From an uncultured bacterium (GTDB taxonomy: Bacteria > Chlamydiota > Chlamydiia > Chlamydiales > FEN-1388): a stretch of 64,000 nt of DNA. Below, in pieces: positions 26,785 to 36,900 of this stretch. Each line of letters opens with the position of its first letter. Position 1 is the first letter of the stretch. The DNA is taken from positions 9,614-73,613 of the forward strand of contig CAZEQY010000001.1 in NCBI GenBank assembly GCA_964514655.1, written 5' to 3'. A program made the position numbers and the translations under genes. Below the pieces are notes generated by a model. It was not told the DNA's origin, did not search any database, and saw only the letters and a program-made list of their open reading frames with translations.

Positions 26785-26908
26785 AAATGGTTCAAAACAA
26801 GTGCGAATTGAGGAAAAATGCCCTTTTCGCGGTGGCTTAAGGCACGTGTCCTTGAGTCATGTTTATGTGCTTAAACTTTAGGAAAATAAAAATAAGAAGG
26901 GGAAAACC

Positions 26909-27352
26909 ATGAAAGAAAACCAAACCGAAGTTGTTGTTCACGACAACAAAAAAGTGGTGTCGATTACCGAAGCTGCTAAGCTGAACAACGTAACACGCCA
27001 AGCTATTTACGTAGCAATTAAGCTTAACAAACTAAAAGCTACAAAAGAAACAAGCCGTTGGATGATTCACGTTGAAGATCTCAACGAGTACCGCAAGCAA
27101 AAGTATTCACGCACAAAGTCCACCTTCCAAGGTGAGTTGCTGTTTGACAACACGAAAGGTTATTATTCAGTTAACCAAGTTGCGAAAATGCTTAACGTTC
27201 CTGCGCAAAAGATCTATTACGCAACTCGCGCTGGCTACCTCAAAGCGATCCGCAAGGGCGCTGCATGGGTTGTTCGCATTGAAGATGTTAAGGGATACCA
27301 AGAATCATACTTGGCTTCAAAAGCAAACAAGAAGCAGCAACAAGCGAGCTAA
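26909..27352 (+). CDS. euo: Euo-like DNA-binding protein with two tandem excisionase/MerR-type HTH repeats
   Basis: Internal duplication: VSITEAAKLNNVTRQAIYVAIKLNKLKATKETSRWMIHVEDLNEY versus YSVNQVAKMLNVPAQKIYYATRAGYLKAIRKGAAWVVRIEDVKGY. Its position next to gltX and on the same side as recJ-secDF matches the C. trachomatis gltX-euo-recJ-secDF order as I recall it. Confidence 0.65.
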   Translation: MKENQTEVVVHDNKKVVSITEAAKLNNVTRQAIYVAIKLNKLKATKETSRWMIHVEDLNEYRKQKYSRTKSTFQGELLFDNTKGYYSVNQVAKMLNVPAQKIYYATRAGYLKAIRKGAAWVVRIEDVKGYQESYLASKANKKQQQAS

Positions 27353-27369
27353 TTGTAATGGACTGGCAG

Positions 27370-27395
27370 GTATACGACTATAAGTCGTATACTTT
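27370..27395 (+). terminator. Hairpin terminator between convergent euo-like and rRNA methyltransferase genes
   Basis: GTATACGAC-tataa-GTCGTATAC followed by TTTG. Confidence 0.55.
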
Positions 27396-27400
27396 GCAGT

Positions 27401-28528
27401 TCAGGATAGGTAAATGACCGATTCTAAGTGGCATGTCTCGGCAAACATGTCGTAGACATGTGCCCTTCGAATGGTGTAGCCACTTTGGCATAAAACTTTT
27501 AGGTCGCGAGCAAGCGTCGCCGGCATACACGATATATAGATAAGCTCCTTTGGCTTATTCTTCGTAATGATCTCCACTACTTTTTCAGATAGCCCCGTTC
27601 TTGGCGGATTTACAATCCACGTACCATATTGAGTAATTGGTAGCGTTTGGATCTTTTCACACGCCATAGCGTAAAATTCGATGTTCTGGATCTTATTTTC
27701 TTGGGCGCTTTTTTTAGCAAGGCTTATAGCATCGCCGTCAAGCTCAACCCCAAGCACCTGTCTTCCTTCTCTTGCTGCAAGAAGCGATAAAATGCCAACG
27801 CCGCAGTAGAGGTCTAAAATAGGGCCAGGAGCAACTTTTGCAAGTACATCCTTATAGAGTATAAGGGCCATTTCCGGGTTATTCTGCACAAAGACTTTAG
27901 GCGAAAAAAAGAACCGCAGCCCCTCAATCTCGCGCTCAAAGATGGCTCTATCCCCCTCTATTTTACCACCTGCCATAAAAGCCCAATCATCTTGGCTATT
28001 TCGCATAACGACAGTATGTTCTGCCTCTTTGGCGCGTACAGAACTAAAGCTCTTTTCAGAAAAAATCAGGCACCGCTCAATGGGCAATATAGTGGTATTG
28101 TCGCGAGCATAAAAGCCACACTCTTTACCGTGCAGCGTTACTTTCTGCCGGTAGCACCACTCTTTTTTTGCCGGGGTAATATCTACAGGAAAATCGACTG
28201 TACATTTTAGCGCGCGCTCTAAAGCATCGATAAGCCATTCTTTTTTATAGGCAATTTGTCCCTCATAGGCAATATGCTGCAGCTGACAGCCTCCACAGGT
28301 GCCAAAATAGGGGCAAGGCGGCTTTACTCGTAGGGGGCTTGGCTCTACAACCTCAAGAAGCTCAGCTTCAAAGTAGGACTTTTTTTTGGCAGTAATCCTT
28401 ACTACCACCACTTCATCCGGAATAACATCGGCAACAAAAATCACCCACCCTTGATGGCGTATTAACCCCTTGCCACCAAAGACTAGTTTTTGCACGCTTG
28501 CCTGTACTTGCTCGCCTATTTCAAACAT
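27401..28528 (-). CDS. 23S rRNA (uracil-C5)-methyltransferase, RumA/RlmD (TrmA) family
   Basis: N-terminal TRAM-like domain. Fe-S cysteines CPYFGTCGGCQLQH. SAM motif LDLYCGVGILSL. Catalytic ISCMPATLARD. Confidence 0.85.
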   Translation of the reverse strand: MFEIGEQVQASVQKLVFGGKGLIRHQGWVIFVADVIPDEVVVVRITAKKKSYFEAELLEVVEPSPLRVKPPCPYFGTCGGCQLQHIAYEGQIAYKKEWLIDALERALKCTVDFPVDITPAKKEWCYRQKVTLHGKECGFYARDNTTILPIERCLIFSEKSFSSVRAKEAEHTVVMRNSQDDWAFMAGGKIEGDRAIFEREIEGLRFFFSPKVFVQNNPEMALILYKDVLAKVAPGPILDLYCGVGILSLLAAREGRQVLGVELDGDAISLAKKSAQENKIQNIEFYAMACEKIQTLPITQYGTWIVNPPRTGLSEKVVEIITKNKPKELIYISCMPATLARDLKVLCQSGYTIRRAHVYDMFAETCHLESVIYLS

Positions 28529-28566
28529 AGCTTGTAAGTATAGCAGAAAAAGGGGTTTTTTCTCTT

Positions 28567-28596
28567 AATCTTAGTCTTGATCTTGATCTTAATCTC
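28567..28596. repeat. Five tandem RRTCTY hexamers
   Basis: AATCTT AGTCTT GATCTT GATCTT AATCTC. In addition, ATCTTAGTCT (28568-28577) is the inverted complement of AGACTAAGAT (28616-28625). Confidence 0.5.
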
Positions 28597-28625
28597 TATT
28601 TCAAGTGTGTGTAAGAGACTAAGAT

Positions 28626-28655
28626 GAGGGGGGGGTCCCCCCCCCTCTTTTTTTT
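28626..28655. other. G8-T-C9 homopolymer palindrome (very stable hairpin) followed by T8
   Basis: GAGGGGGGGGTCCCCCCCCCTC then TTTTTTTT. It begins 3 nt beyond the stop of the minus-strand beta-helix gene. In the plus orientation it has terminator shape, but there is no plus-strand gene upstream. Confidence 0.5.
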
Positions 28656-28657
28656 GG

Positions 28658-30313
28658 CTAGCCGCCGTTGTTGATGGAGCAGCAGATATTTGAACCCGCT
28701 ACTGGTAGCATACCAATTGGTTGAGCCTGAATTGAAGGCACATTTTCGCAATCTAAGCCGTTGTTACAAGCAGTGTTAAAATAGACCTCTGTAATGCTTC
28801 CTGAGCCTATTGATATGCCTGTATCATTCGAGTAGACGCTATTGCCTGAAATATGGTTTCCTGCATTATCTTCTACCAAAATGCCATATCTACCTGCACC
28901 CCAGATCTGGTTGCCTATGATGGCGTTTTTACCAGATGTGTTGAGGTGTACGCCAATGTCTTCAGCGTTTATCACGCAATTTTTTATAAGACACCCTTCG
29001 GCATCTGACATATTTACGCCATTGCCAAATGCTGTTAGTTGGCAATTTTCTATACTTACATCGCGGCCACTTTCAATATTTACGGCATCTGTACTAAATC
29101 CACAAAATACCGAATCTCGCACCTGCACATCACTATAGGTGGCACACTCTGCAAGACCTACATGCAATGATGCCGCTGTGTAGTTGTACTGAAATGAAGC
29201 TGGATCACATACCACATTTTCAATAAGGCAGCCTGAGCCATTGACAAGGAATATTCCCTCAAAGTTTACAACTTCAGTGGGATACTTTTTGATGTTTGTA
29301 TTGCGAATGATGATATCATTTGCAGTATTGCCTTCTGCACAATCGCCAAGCTGTATTGCATGAAATGAAGAAAATATGGACGCCTTCATGTTGCAGTGGT
29401 CGATAAGTAGATCATCTACTTTAAGCACATTGACTGTGCAGAACCACTCTGAAAAATTGCAATTTGTAAGCATGATATTTTCAGATTCACCTTCTACGTG
29501 AAAGGCAACGTTTACACGATTTGGATTATAGTCAGTTACAGGAGACTCAAAGTCGCAGCCATCTACGGTAACTCCTATAGAGCCTTGAATCCAAATTCCG
29601 GCACCATCGGCGCTATTAAACGCTACTAATGCAGCAGTTGGCGGAGCAAGATCAGAACTTTCATGGGCCTCTAGATGCGTGTTAAGCACCTTAATATCAG
29701 AAGAGTCCTCAATGAAAATTCCCTTAGTAGTATTTAAGGTATAGAGATTTGATAGCGTTGCTTTTTTCACTCCTGCAAGGTGGATAGCTGCACTTGTTGC
29801 TGTTTTAAAGATGCTTGCACCCTTAATAACGTCATTTTCAAGCGTAAACTCACTCACATTTTCTGCAAGAACGCCCTGGGCCTGGCTATCTGTAAGCGTC
29901 AGGCTGTTGTTATGAAAGTTAATGCTTACATTATCCGCCGTAACGGTAATTGCAGCATCTGATCCATTATAGACTAAATCCTTTATCACACAGTATTTAC
30001 CAGACTTAGAAATAACGATAGGCACATGGTCTATCACCTGTGTCATATCACATGGCAACGATGTATTGACAAACTGAATAACCTCGTTAATTTCCTGTTT
30101 GATGCGATTACAGCAGTGATGAACGTCTGAGTCAATCTCCTTAACATCTCCACAAATATCGCAAGACCTACTGCTAGAAGAGCTTGAGCCATGAGGCTTT
30201 TTGATCTTCGCATGTTTCTTTTTATGCTGCGCAGCCGGTAAAGCTGAAACACTCGCAAATACGCCCGCAAGCAGGGCTAAAAGGGCTATCTTTTTGTAAA
30301 AACTGATCTTCAT
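28658..30313 (-). CDS. Secreted cysteine-capped beta-helix protein (family member A)
   Basis: Signal peptide MKISFYKKIALLALLAGVFASVSA. Basic/Ser linker. CDICGD...HHCCNRI...LPCD module. SGKYCVIKDLVYNGSDAAITVTADNVSINFHNNSLTLTD. C-terminus GSNICCSINNGG. Confidence 0.8.
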   Translation of the reverse strand: MKISFYKKIALLALLAGVFASVSALPAAQHKKKHAKIKKPHGSSSSSSRSCDICGDVKEIDSDVHHCCNRIKQEINEVIQFVNTSLPCDMTQVIDHVPIVISKSGKYCVIKDLVYNGSDAAITVTADNVSINFHNNSLTLTDSQAQGVLAENVSEFTLENDVIKGASIFKTATSAAIHLAGVKKATLSNLYTLNTTKGIFIEDSSDIKVLNTHLEAHESSDLAPPTAALVAFNSADGAGIWIQGSIGVTVDGCDFESPVTDYNPNRVNVAFHVEGESENIMLTNCNFSEWFCTVNVLKVDDLLIDHCNMKASIFSSFHAIQLGDCAEGNTANDIIIRNTNIKKYPTEVVNFEGIFLVNGSGCLIENVVCDPASFQYNYTAASLHVGLAECATYSDVQVRDSVFCGFSTDAVNIESGRDVSIENCQLTAFGNGVNMSDAEGCLIKNCVINAEDIGVHLNTSGKNAIIGNQIWGAGRYGILVEDNAGNHISGNSVYSNDTGISIGSGSITEVYFNTACNNGLDCENVPSIQAQPIGMLPVAGSNICCSINNGG

Positions 30314-30327
30314 TGTATAATCCTTTG

Positions 30328-32178
30328 TTAATCTTCTATTTGACAGCAGATGTTAGAGCCGACAAGCACGATATCTGACGGAACTTGAGGCGTGCTCACA
30401 TTGATGCAGTTGGTATTACTGTTATTGCACGAGGTGTTGTAATAAGTTTCGGTGTTGCCTCCCTGATTATCGATACCAAAGACGCTACCGAAAACTCTAT
30501 TACCTCTAATGTGGTTAGCAGATGAGTTCTCATCAACAAAAATACCATAAACGCTGTTGTTAACAACTTCGCAGTTCACGACAGCATTTACAAAGCTATT
30601 TTGAATATACACACCCGAGCCAGACTCTGAATCTTGCGCATCTGCGATGAGTGAATCTCTAATTTGGCAGCCACCGGCACCACTACCTTCTCCAAAGCCT
30701 AAAATGTAGACGTTTGCGAAATTAGCGCCAAAAAACTCGCTATTTGTAAAGGTGTTGTTAGTGCCATTTTCGATGAAAAGACCAAACGCATTGTCTCCGG
30801 TTACCATGCAATTTGTAGCAAAAATGCTGTCATAGGCTAGTGCTGGAGTACAACCTGAACTATTGGCACATCCTATATGAATGGCTGCCGGTAAATACCC
30901 GTCATCGGTACTTGATGCTGTATGTACGATGACATTTTCTAAGGCAGCGCTACTTCCTTGCGCAAAGAGAAGCCCATCAAATCCCGGAACAGAGTTTTGC
31001 TGACTAAAACTTGAATCTCGTATGATGATGTTGTTTGCAAGCTCATCTTCGGTGTTAAAATCTCCAAACTGACAAAGGCAAAGATTAGAAAAAAATGCTG
31101 CAACAGCCTCCACATGGTCTATAGTAAGGTCTGTAACCTGGCTTGCATAGATCGATATTGGCCAGTCTCTAAAGGTGCTATCCTTCACGACAACGTTTTC
31201 AGAATCGCCAAAGATAAATATGCCATTTGAAGCTGTATTGGGGTCTTCGCCTATTGCAGCACCTTCAAATGTAGTTGCATCGACCCAAACGCCAATTGAA
31301 TTTTCCACCCAAACGCCAGCTCCTTGCGAAGTTACGCTATCGCCAAAAGAGCCTTCGTGATAGCGCACAAGGGCACCTACCACTTTGACATCCGTAGAAT
31401 CTATAATCTGTATACCCTTGGTAGTGTTGTAGGTGTAGATATTTTCAAGTGTTGCCTTCTGTACGTTTGTAAGCTTAACAGCTACACTTGTTGTTGTATG
31501 AAATAGCTGCTCGCCTTGGATAACGTCATTTAGCAGTGTAAATTCTGAAACATCCGTCACAACAACGCCTTGAGCATTTTGATCTGTTAAGGTGAGGCTA
31601 TGGTTATGAAAATTAAGCGTCACATTATCACTTGCTACTGTAATAGCAGCGCCGGAGCCTACATACCTAAGATCCTTTGTCACGCAGTACTTACCAGGCT
31701 GTCTGATTGTATATGGCACTGTGCTGATGGCTATTGGTGCATCGCAAGGAAACTCTGCCTGCAGTAGCTCTAAAAGCTGCCATAAAAGAGCATCTATCTC
31801 TTTGCAGCACTTTGAAACATCAGATTCCAAGTCATTAAGCTCTCTACAACCGTCACAACCAGAAGAGTTTTCATACATCTTCTTTGCTTGCATCTTTAAC
31901 TTATTTACTTTGAGCCATCTGGTAAGAGCCTGGACTTTACCCAGCGTCTGCTCGACCATCTCTTGATTGTCACTATTTTTTGCTAAAACTACAGCTTTGG
32001 CGTACTGGAGGACTTCATTTACCTCCCTACTCAATTTTTTATCTTGGATTCTCTTGGCTAGGCTTTCAAGCTTTGGCAGCGTGCCTTCAAGAGTCCTTAT
32101 GGTGTTGTCAGCAGCATGTAGAGGTGCTGTCAGTGCAAAAACTCCTAAGAGCCATGCAACAAAATACTGGTTCTTCAT
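30328..32178 (-). CDS. Secreted cysteine-capped beta-helix protein (family member B, with an N-terminal helical extension)
   Basis: Signal peptide MKNQYFVAWLLGVFALTAPLHA. About 90 aa of heptad-like helix. CDGCRE...SKCCKEI...FPCD. PGKYCVTKDLRYVGSGAAITVASDNVTLNFHNHSLTLTD. C-terminus GSNICCQIED. It lies 14 bp upstream of member A. Confidence 0.8.
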   Translation of the reverse strand: MKNQYFVAWLLGVFALTAPLHAADNTIRTLEGTLPKLESLAKRIQDKKLSREVNEVLQYAKAVVLAKNSDNQEMVEQTLGKVQALTRWLKVNKLKMQAKKMYENSSGCDGCRELNDLESDVSKCCKEIDALLWQLLELLQAEFPCDAPIAISTVPYTIRQPGKYCVTKDLRYVGSGAAITVASDNVTLNFHNHSLTLTDQNAQGVVVTDVSEFTLLNDVIQGEQLFHTTTSVAVKLTNVQKATLENIYTYNTTKGIQIIDSTDVKVVGALVRYHEGSFGDSVTSQGAGVWVENSIGVWVDATTFEGAAIGEDPNTASNGIFIFGDSENVVVKDSTFRDWPISIYASQVTDLTIDHVEAVAAFFSNLCLCQFGDFNTEDELANNIIIRDSSFSQQNSVPGFDGLLFAQGSSAALENVIVHTASSTDDGYLPAAIHIGCANSSGCTPALAYDSIFATNCMVTGDNAFGLFIENGTNNTFTNSEFFGANFANVYILGFGEGSGAGGCQIRDSLIADAQDSESGSGVYIQNSFVNAVVNCEVVNNSVYGIFVDENSSANHIRGNRVFGSVFGIDNQGGNTETYYNTSCNNSNTNCINVSTPQVPSDIVLVGSNICCQIED

Positions 32179-32237
32179 CGCTATCTCCTTGTTAAAGTTG
32201 AAACTTTAAGCAGGATGGCATAACAACGAATTTTATT

Positions 32238-33986
32238 CTATAGGATTTGAAAATCGCGAATGAGAAGCTGGATACTCGAGCCATTTACTTGGGGAGTAAA
32301 AGCAACCCGTAGTGGTAGAGGCTTCTTTTGTAGAAAGGGCAAGCGAAAAGCCTGTCCAACCGCGAGGCCTTCTAGCATGCGGTCTTCTTGTTCTAGATAC
32401 ATCTTGAGATGCTGCTTGCCGATAATTTTTGGTTCGGCAATCTGCTGGCAGTCGGCATAGAGCATAGGCGGAGGGTTACCATGGCCGTAGGGCTCTAAAA
32501 GCTTTAAGGACTCCATAAGGTCAAAGGTAAGATCATCAAAACGTACATGGGCATCAAGCTGCAGCTTTGGGGTGATGTGCTGCTCGTGCAGCTTTTCATT
32601 TGCAATGGCGATAAAGCGCTCAGTAAATTCTTCGATACAGCTTTCACGTATTGTAAGACCAGCTGCAGAGTCATGCCCACCAAAGTTTAATAAAAGATCA
32701 GATAGATCCTTTAACACGCCAAGAACAGGAAATTCAGGAATAGAACGAACAGAGCCCTTTCCTACCTGGCCATCTAAGGCAATCATGACTGTAGGTCTAT
32801 TGTACTGTTTGGAGATGCGCATTGCTAAGATGGCGATGATGCCGGGGTGCCATTTGCGAGAGGTCATGACAATAGCGCGATTTGTAAGTATTTCAGGATG
32901 CGCCTCTAGGGTTTTTTCCACGTCCTTTGTCATCTGGCGCTCTATCTTTTGTCGCTCTATGTTATAGAGGTTAAGCTCGATGGCAAGTTTTTCAGCAGCA
33001 AGAGCCTGCTTTGCTAAGAGAAGCTTAACGCCTTGCTCAGGCTCAGCTATACGGCCAAGGCTATTTAAACGAGGCGCTATCTTTGAAGCAATGATAGACG
33101 TTGTGCTATCTAATACATCCGTCTCACATATAGATAAAAGCTTTGCAAGGCCTATTCGCTTTGTCTTTCGTAGCTGCTCAAGCCCATAAGAAACTAAGAT
33201 GCGATTTTCTCCGAGCAAAAGGCCCATGTCAGAGACTGTGCCAATGGCAACAAGGTCTAAGTAGCGTTTAAGGTCCACTTTTTTAGCAGGAAGCATGCCT
33301 TCATCTACTAGATGTTCAGTAAGCGCACAGGCAAGCTTAAAGGCAACGCCAACACCAGTAAGCTCTCTATTTGGATACTCTGAACTTACAAGCTTTGGAT
33401 TGAGCGTAGCTACGCAAAGTGGAATTTTATTAGTAGGCTCATGATGGTCTGTGATGATAACGTCTATTTTATGACGAACTACTTCTTCAATCTGCTCTGC
33501 CGCTGTAATGCCGCAGTCTACTGTAATGAGAAGCGTGCAGTGAGTTTTGAGGGCATATTCAAGTGCGTCGAGGATCATACTCTGACGAAGAAGCTGCGTC
33601 CTATTCGAGATATAGTGAAATACCTTAGCGCCAACGAATGAAAGAAACTCTGCTAAAAGCGCAGTCCCCGTCATGCCGTCAACATCGTTATCTCCATAAA
33701 CTAAAATGTTTTCTTCATTCTGAATTGCCTGCATGATGCGCTGCATAGCTTGAGGCATCTCAGCAAAAAGAAAGGGATCAAGAAGATCGGGTAGCTTGCC
33801 ATAGAGGTAGTAGTGGATATCGTCAGTAGAAGTAATGCCCCGAGAGACAAGAACCTGTGCAAGCACAGGATGCAGGTGAAATTCCTGCATAATTTTTTGT
33901 AGTCGATCAGGGTCCTTCTTTGGGTCTACCCAAAGAAGGTCCTTAGTTTTTGTTAGAAATCCGGTTACCTGTATGTTGTCATTCAC
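32238..33986 (-). CDS. recJ: Single-stranded-DNA-specific exonuclease RecJ
   Basis: DHH-family motifs VYGDNDVDGMTG, DCGITA, ITDHH and GGHDSAAG. Confidence 0.9.
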   Translation of the reverse strand: MNDNIQVTGFLTKTKDLLWVDPKKDPDRLQKIMQEFHLHPVLAQVLVSRGITSTDDIHYYLYGKLPDLLDPFLFAEMPQAMQRIMQAIQNEENILVYGDNDVDGMTGTALLAEFLSFVGAKVFHYISNRTQLLRQSMILDALEYALKTHCTLLITVDCGITAAEQIEEVVRHKIDVIITDHHEPTNKIPLCVATLNPKLVSSEYPNRELTGVGVAFKLACALTEHLVDEGMLPAKKVDLKRYLDLVAIGTVSDMGLLLGENRILVSYGLEQLRKTKRIGLAKLLSICETDVLDSTTSIIASKIAPRLNSLGRIAEPEQGVKLLLAKQALAAEKLAIELNLYNIERQKIERQMTKDVEKTLEAHPEILTNRAIVMTSRKWHPGIIAILAMRISKQYNRPTVMIALDGQVGKGSVRSIPEFPVLGVLKDLSDLLLNFGGHDSAAGLTIRESCIEEFTERFIAIANEKLHEQHITPKLQLDAHVRFDDLTFDLMESLKLLEPYGHGNPPPMLYADCQQIAEPKIIGKQHLKMYLEQEDRMLEGLAVGQAFRLPFLQKKPLPLRVAFTPQVNGSSIQLLIRDFQIL

Positions 33987-36900
33987 TATGACATACTTGG
34001 TTGTAATTTCTTCCTTGTATCGCGCGTTTCAAGGAACAGAAGAATCGGCGCTGCAATAAAGAGCGACGAGAGTGTTCCCAAGAATACGCCAACCGCCATT
34101 ACAAACGAGAAGGCAAACATCGATTTACCGCCCAAGAAGACAAGGGTAAGTAGCACTAACAGTGTGATACCGGATGTCATCAAGGTTCTAGAAAGCGTTG
34201 TATTTAGAGCGTGATTAATGATTTCTCTAAAGCTCTTCTTGCGCATGAGACGCATATCTTCACGCACACGGTCAAAGACGATGATGGTATCATTTAGCGA
34301 GTAGCCAATAATCGTCATAAGCGCGCCTATGACCTCAAGGTCAATTTGCACCGGAAGTCCCATCTTATTGGCAATAGCTGCCACGCATACTGTCAAGATA
34401 ACGTCGTGGACAAGGCCAAGTACCGCCGCACATGCAAACTTCCACTCAAAGCGGAAGGCGATGTAGACAAGTACCGCAACAAGTGCAAGGCCAAGGGCCC
34501 ATATTGCGTTATTGCGCATTGCATCAGAAAACTGACCGCTCATTTGCGTCCAGCCTGTTGCTAAGCTTTGAAGCTGAGATTGCTTTACCTTAAGACCTGT
34601 AGATTCTACAGCTTTTACAAGCCATACAATGCGAGGATTTTTCTGAAAGTCGTATGAAAACTGATCTTTATCAGAAGAAAGCTCTACCGGCATCCCATGG
34701 AAAGGTTTGCCAGCTTGATCAACGCTAATGCCAAGCTGAATTCTCAAGTAGTTTGGTCTGCCAAGCTCACGAATTTGAAACTCTTTGCTTGATAAGCCTT
34801 GCTTAAGAAGTGCATGTGACACACGCTCGCGATAGTCAACAGATTTGCCGGAGGTTGTCTTTGCTTCTTGTAGATCAACAACAAGTGAGTAGCCTCCCGT
34901 AAAGTCCATACCAAAGATAGACTTATACTGCATGCTCATGACGCCAACACCAACTGCAAGCACAATACCTGTGATGATAAAGGCTGGCTTTGTATACTTT
35001 AAGAAGTCAAAGTTTGTGGCTTTGATCCACTCTGACATTTTGAGCTCTGTGTGCTCTGGATTTTGTACCCAGCCGGCAAAGAAGTAGCGTGTCATAAAGA
35101 GCACCGTAAACATCGATGCTACGATACCAATTACGAGCGTTACAGCAAAGCCGCGGATAGGGCCTGAGTCAAACTGAAGCAGAATAAGCGATGCAATGAT
35201 CGTAGTAAGGTTAGAGTCTAAGATCGCGCTAAATGCTTTTTTGTAGCCAAGGTGAATAGCAGATGCAATTCTTCCTGAGATCTTAAATTCTTCGCGAATA
35301 CGCTCAAAGACTAAGACGTTAGCATCAACTGCCATAGCAACAGTAAGGAGCATACCTGCAATACCCGGCAAGGTAAGTGCCATCTCGATGTTCTGCATAA
35401 CAGCCCAAATGATAAGCATGTTAAAGAGAACAGCAACACTTGCAACAACACCGGCAAAGCGGTAGTAGCCGATCATACAAGCTGCCACTAAGCAAATAGC
35501 AACGATAGATGCCATGATACCAGCATAACGTTCTTGTTTTCCAAGCTCTGGGCTTACGTTTTGCTCAGACAAAATTTTTGGTGTAAAGGAAAGTGATCCT
35601 GCCTTTAGGTCTGTAGCGAGCTTACTTACTTCACGCTGGGTAAAGTTACCGCTGATCATAGCATGATCGCGTAAAGAGGCATTAAGCGTTGGGTATGAAA
35701 TTACCTGACCGTTCAGGATTACTGCCATGCGCCAGCCATTGCCAGGAGCAAAGGCTTCTTTTGGAGTTCCAACAATTGCTTCTTCAGAAAACTGTGATGT
35801 CCAGTTATAAAAGTCATCTTGTGGACTTTGTGAACCATGAGCACGTCCTGAAGAATAGGAATTCTTTACGCTAAAGAGCAATACGTTACCTTTTGAGGGG
35901 TCGTAGTTTGTCTGGATATTTTCAAGACTTGAACCATCTAGGGCATAGTTTGCAAAGGTGATCATCAATGGATGGCCTCTAAAGTGCCAATCAGCCGGCT
36001 CATCGCCGCGCTCTCGAGCTATCATCGACAATGAATCATCAAAGGTGCAAGCTGGAACAAATTCTGCAGGGTTTGCTAAGCGAAGGCCTGCATCGTAGAG
36101 AATTTGCGCACTATCCTTAATGCCTGTGTTGCCAGAAGAACGAGCAGCAGCTGTCTGCAGCTTGTTATAAGCTATCTGGTTAATCTGATCTGCATCTTTT
36201 TGGTTTGTAACGACAGCTTCGTTCCAGATATCTTGTAAAAACTCATTTACATCTTTTGCAAGACTTGAGTTTGCCGGGCCATACTGCTCGTTCACTATAT
36301 AGAAGTACATAGCAGACGCTTTGATAAGCTCTGCAGCAGATAAGCCTTGAGCACCGGGGAAGTCAATTACAATCGTAGAGTTTTCAATACGGATCGTACG
36401 TTCTGATACGCCCATTTTGTTAATTCTCTGGTAGAGTTCATTAACAGCTTGGTGAAGCTCAGCGGGATCTGTAACCGGCTTATTTGCCTGATCAAGAAGT
36501 GCAATTCTAACGCTTTTACCGCCAGAAAGGTCTAAGCCCCAGCGAATAATCTTGCTATCATCGCCACGGAAGTAGGCGCTACATGCACGTTTAAAGTTTG
36601 CAAAGTAGGCATTTTCTATTGGAGATGGCACTGTAAAACGCGCAGACTTATCAAGGCTTACTTGAGCTGCTTGATAGGTTTCTTTTGCACGAAGTACATC
36701 TTCTTGAATAGCATCGTTAATACGATTTTCTGTGATGATACGCTGCTCAACGTCAGAAAACTCTAAAGTAGCAAACTCTCGGCTACCAAGCACCACAAAA
36801 TCTTCGCGTGAAGCTTTGAGTAGTGTTGAATAGTAGTCATCAAGTTCAAATACAAAGTCACGTGCAAATTCAGAGGTGTTGCCAAGAGCTTGGCCTGAAT

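Noticed and set aside
28567-28596. CRISPR-like or other arrayed repeats (also considered at 41984..42106)
   Set aside because: The repeat units are only 6 to 8 nt with no spacers of CRISPR size. There are no cas genes in the window.
28626-28655. Plus-strand intrinsic terminator (GC hairpin plus T8)
   Set aside because: There is no plus-strand gene upstream to terminate, because both flanking genes are on the minus strand. It is kept only as a structural element of uncertain function.
12624-32178. Possibility that the beta-helix proteins are chlamydial polymorphic membrane proteins (Pmp autotransporters)
   Set aside because: I could not find repeated GGA[ILV] or FxxN tetrapeptides. None of the four has a ~300-aa C-terminal beta-barrel-like region. 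They end shortly after the solenoid repeats.
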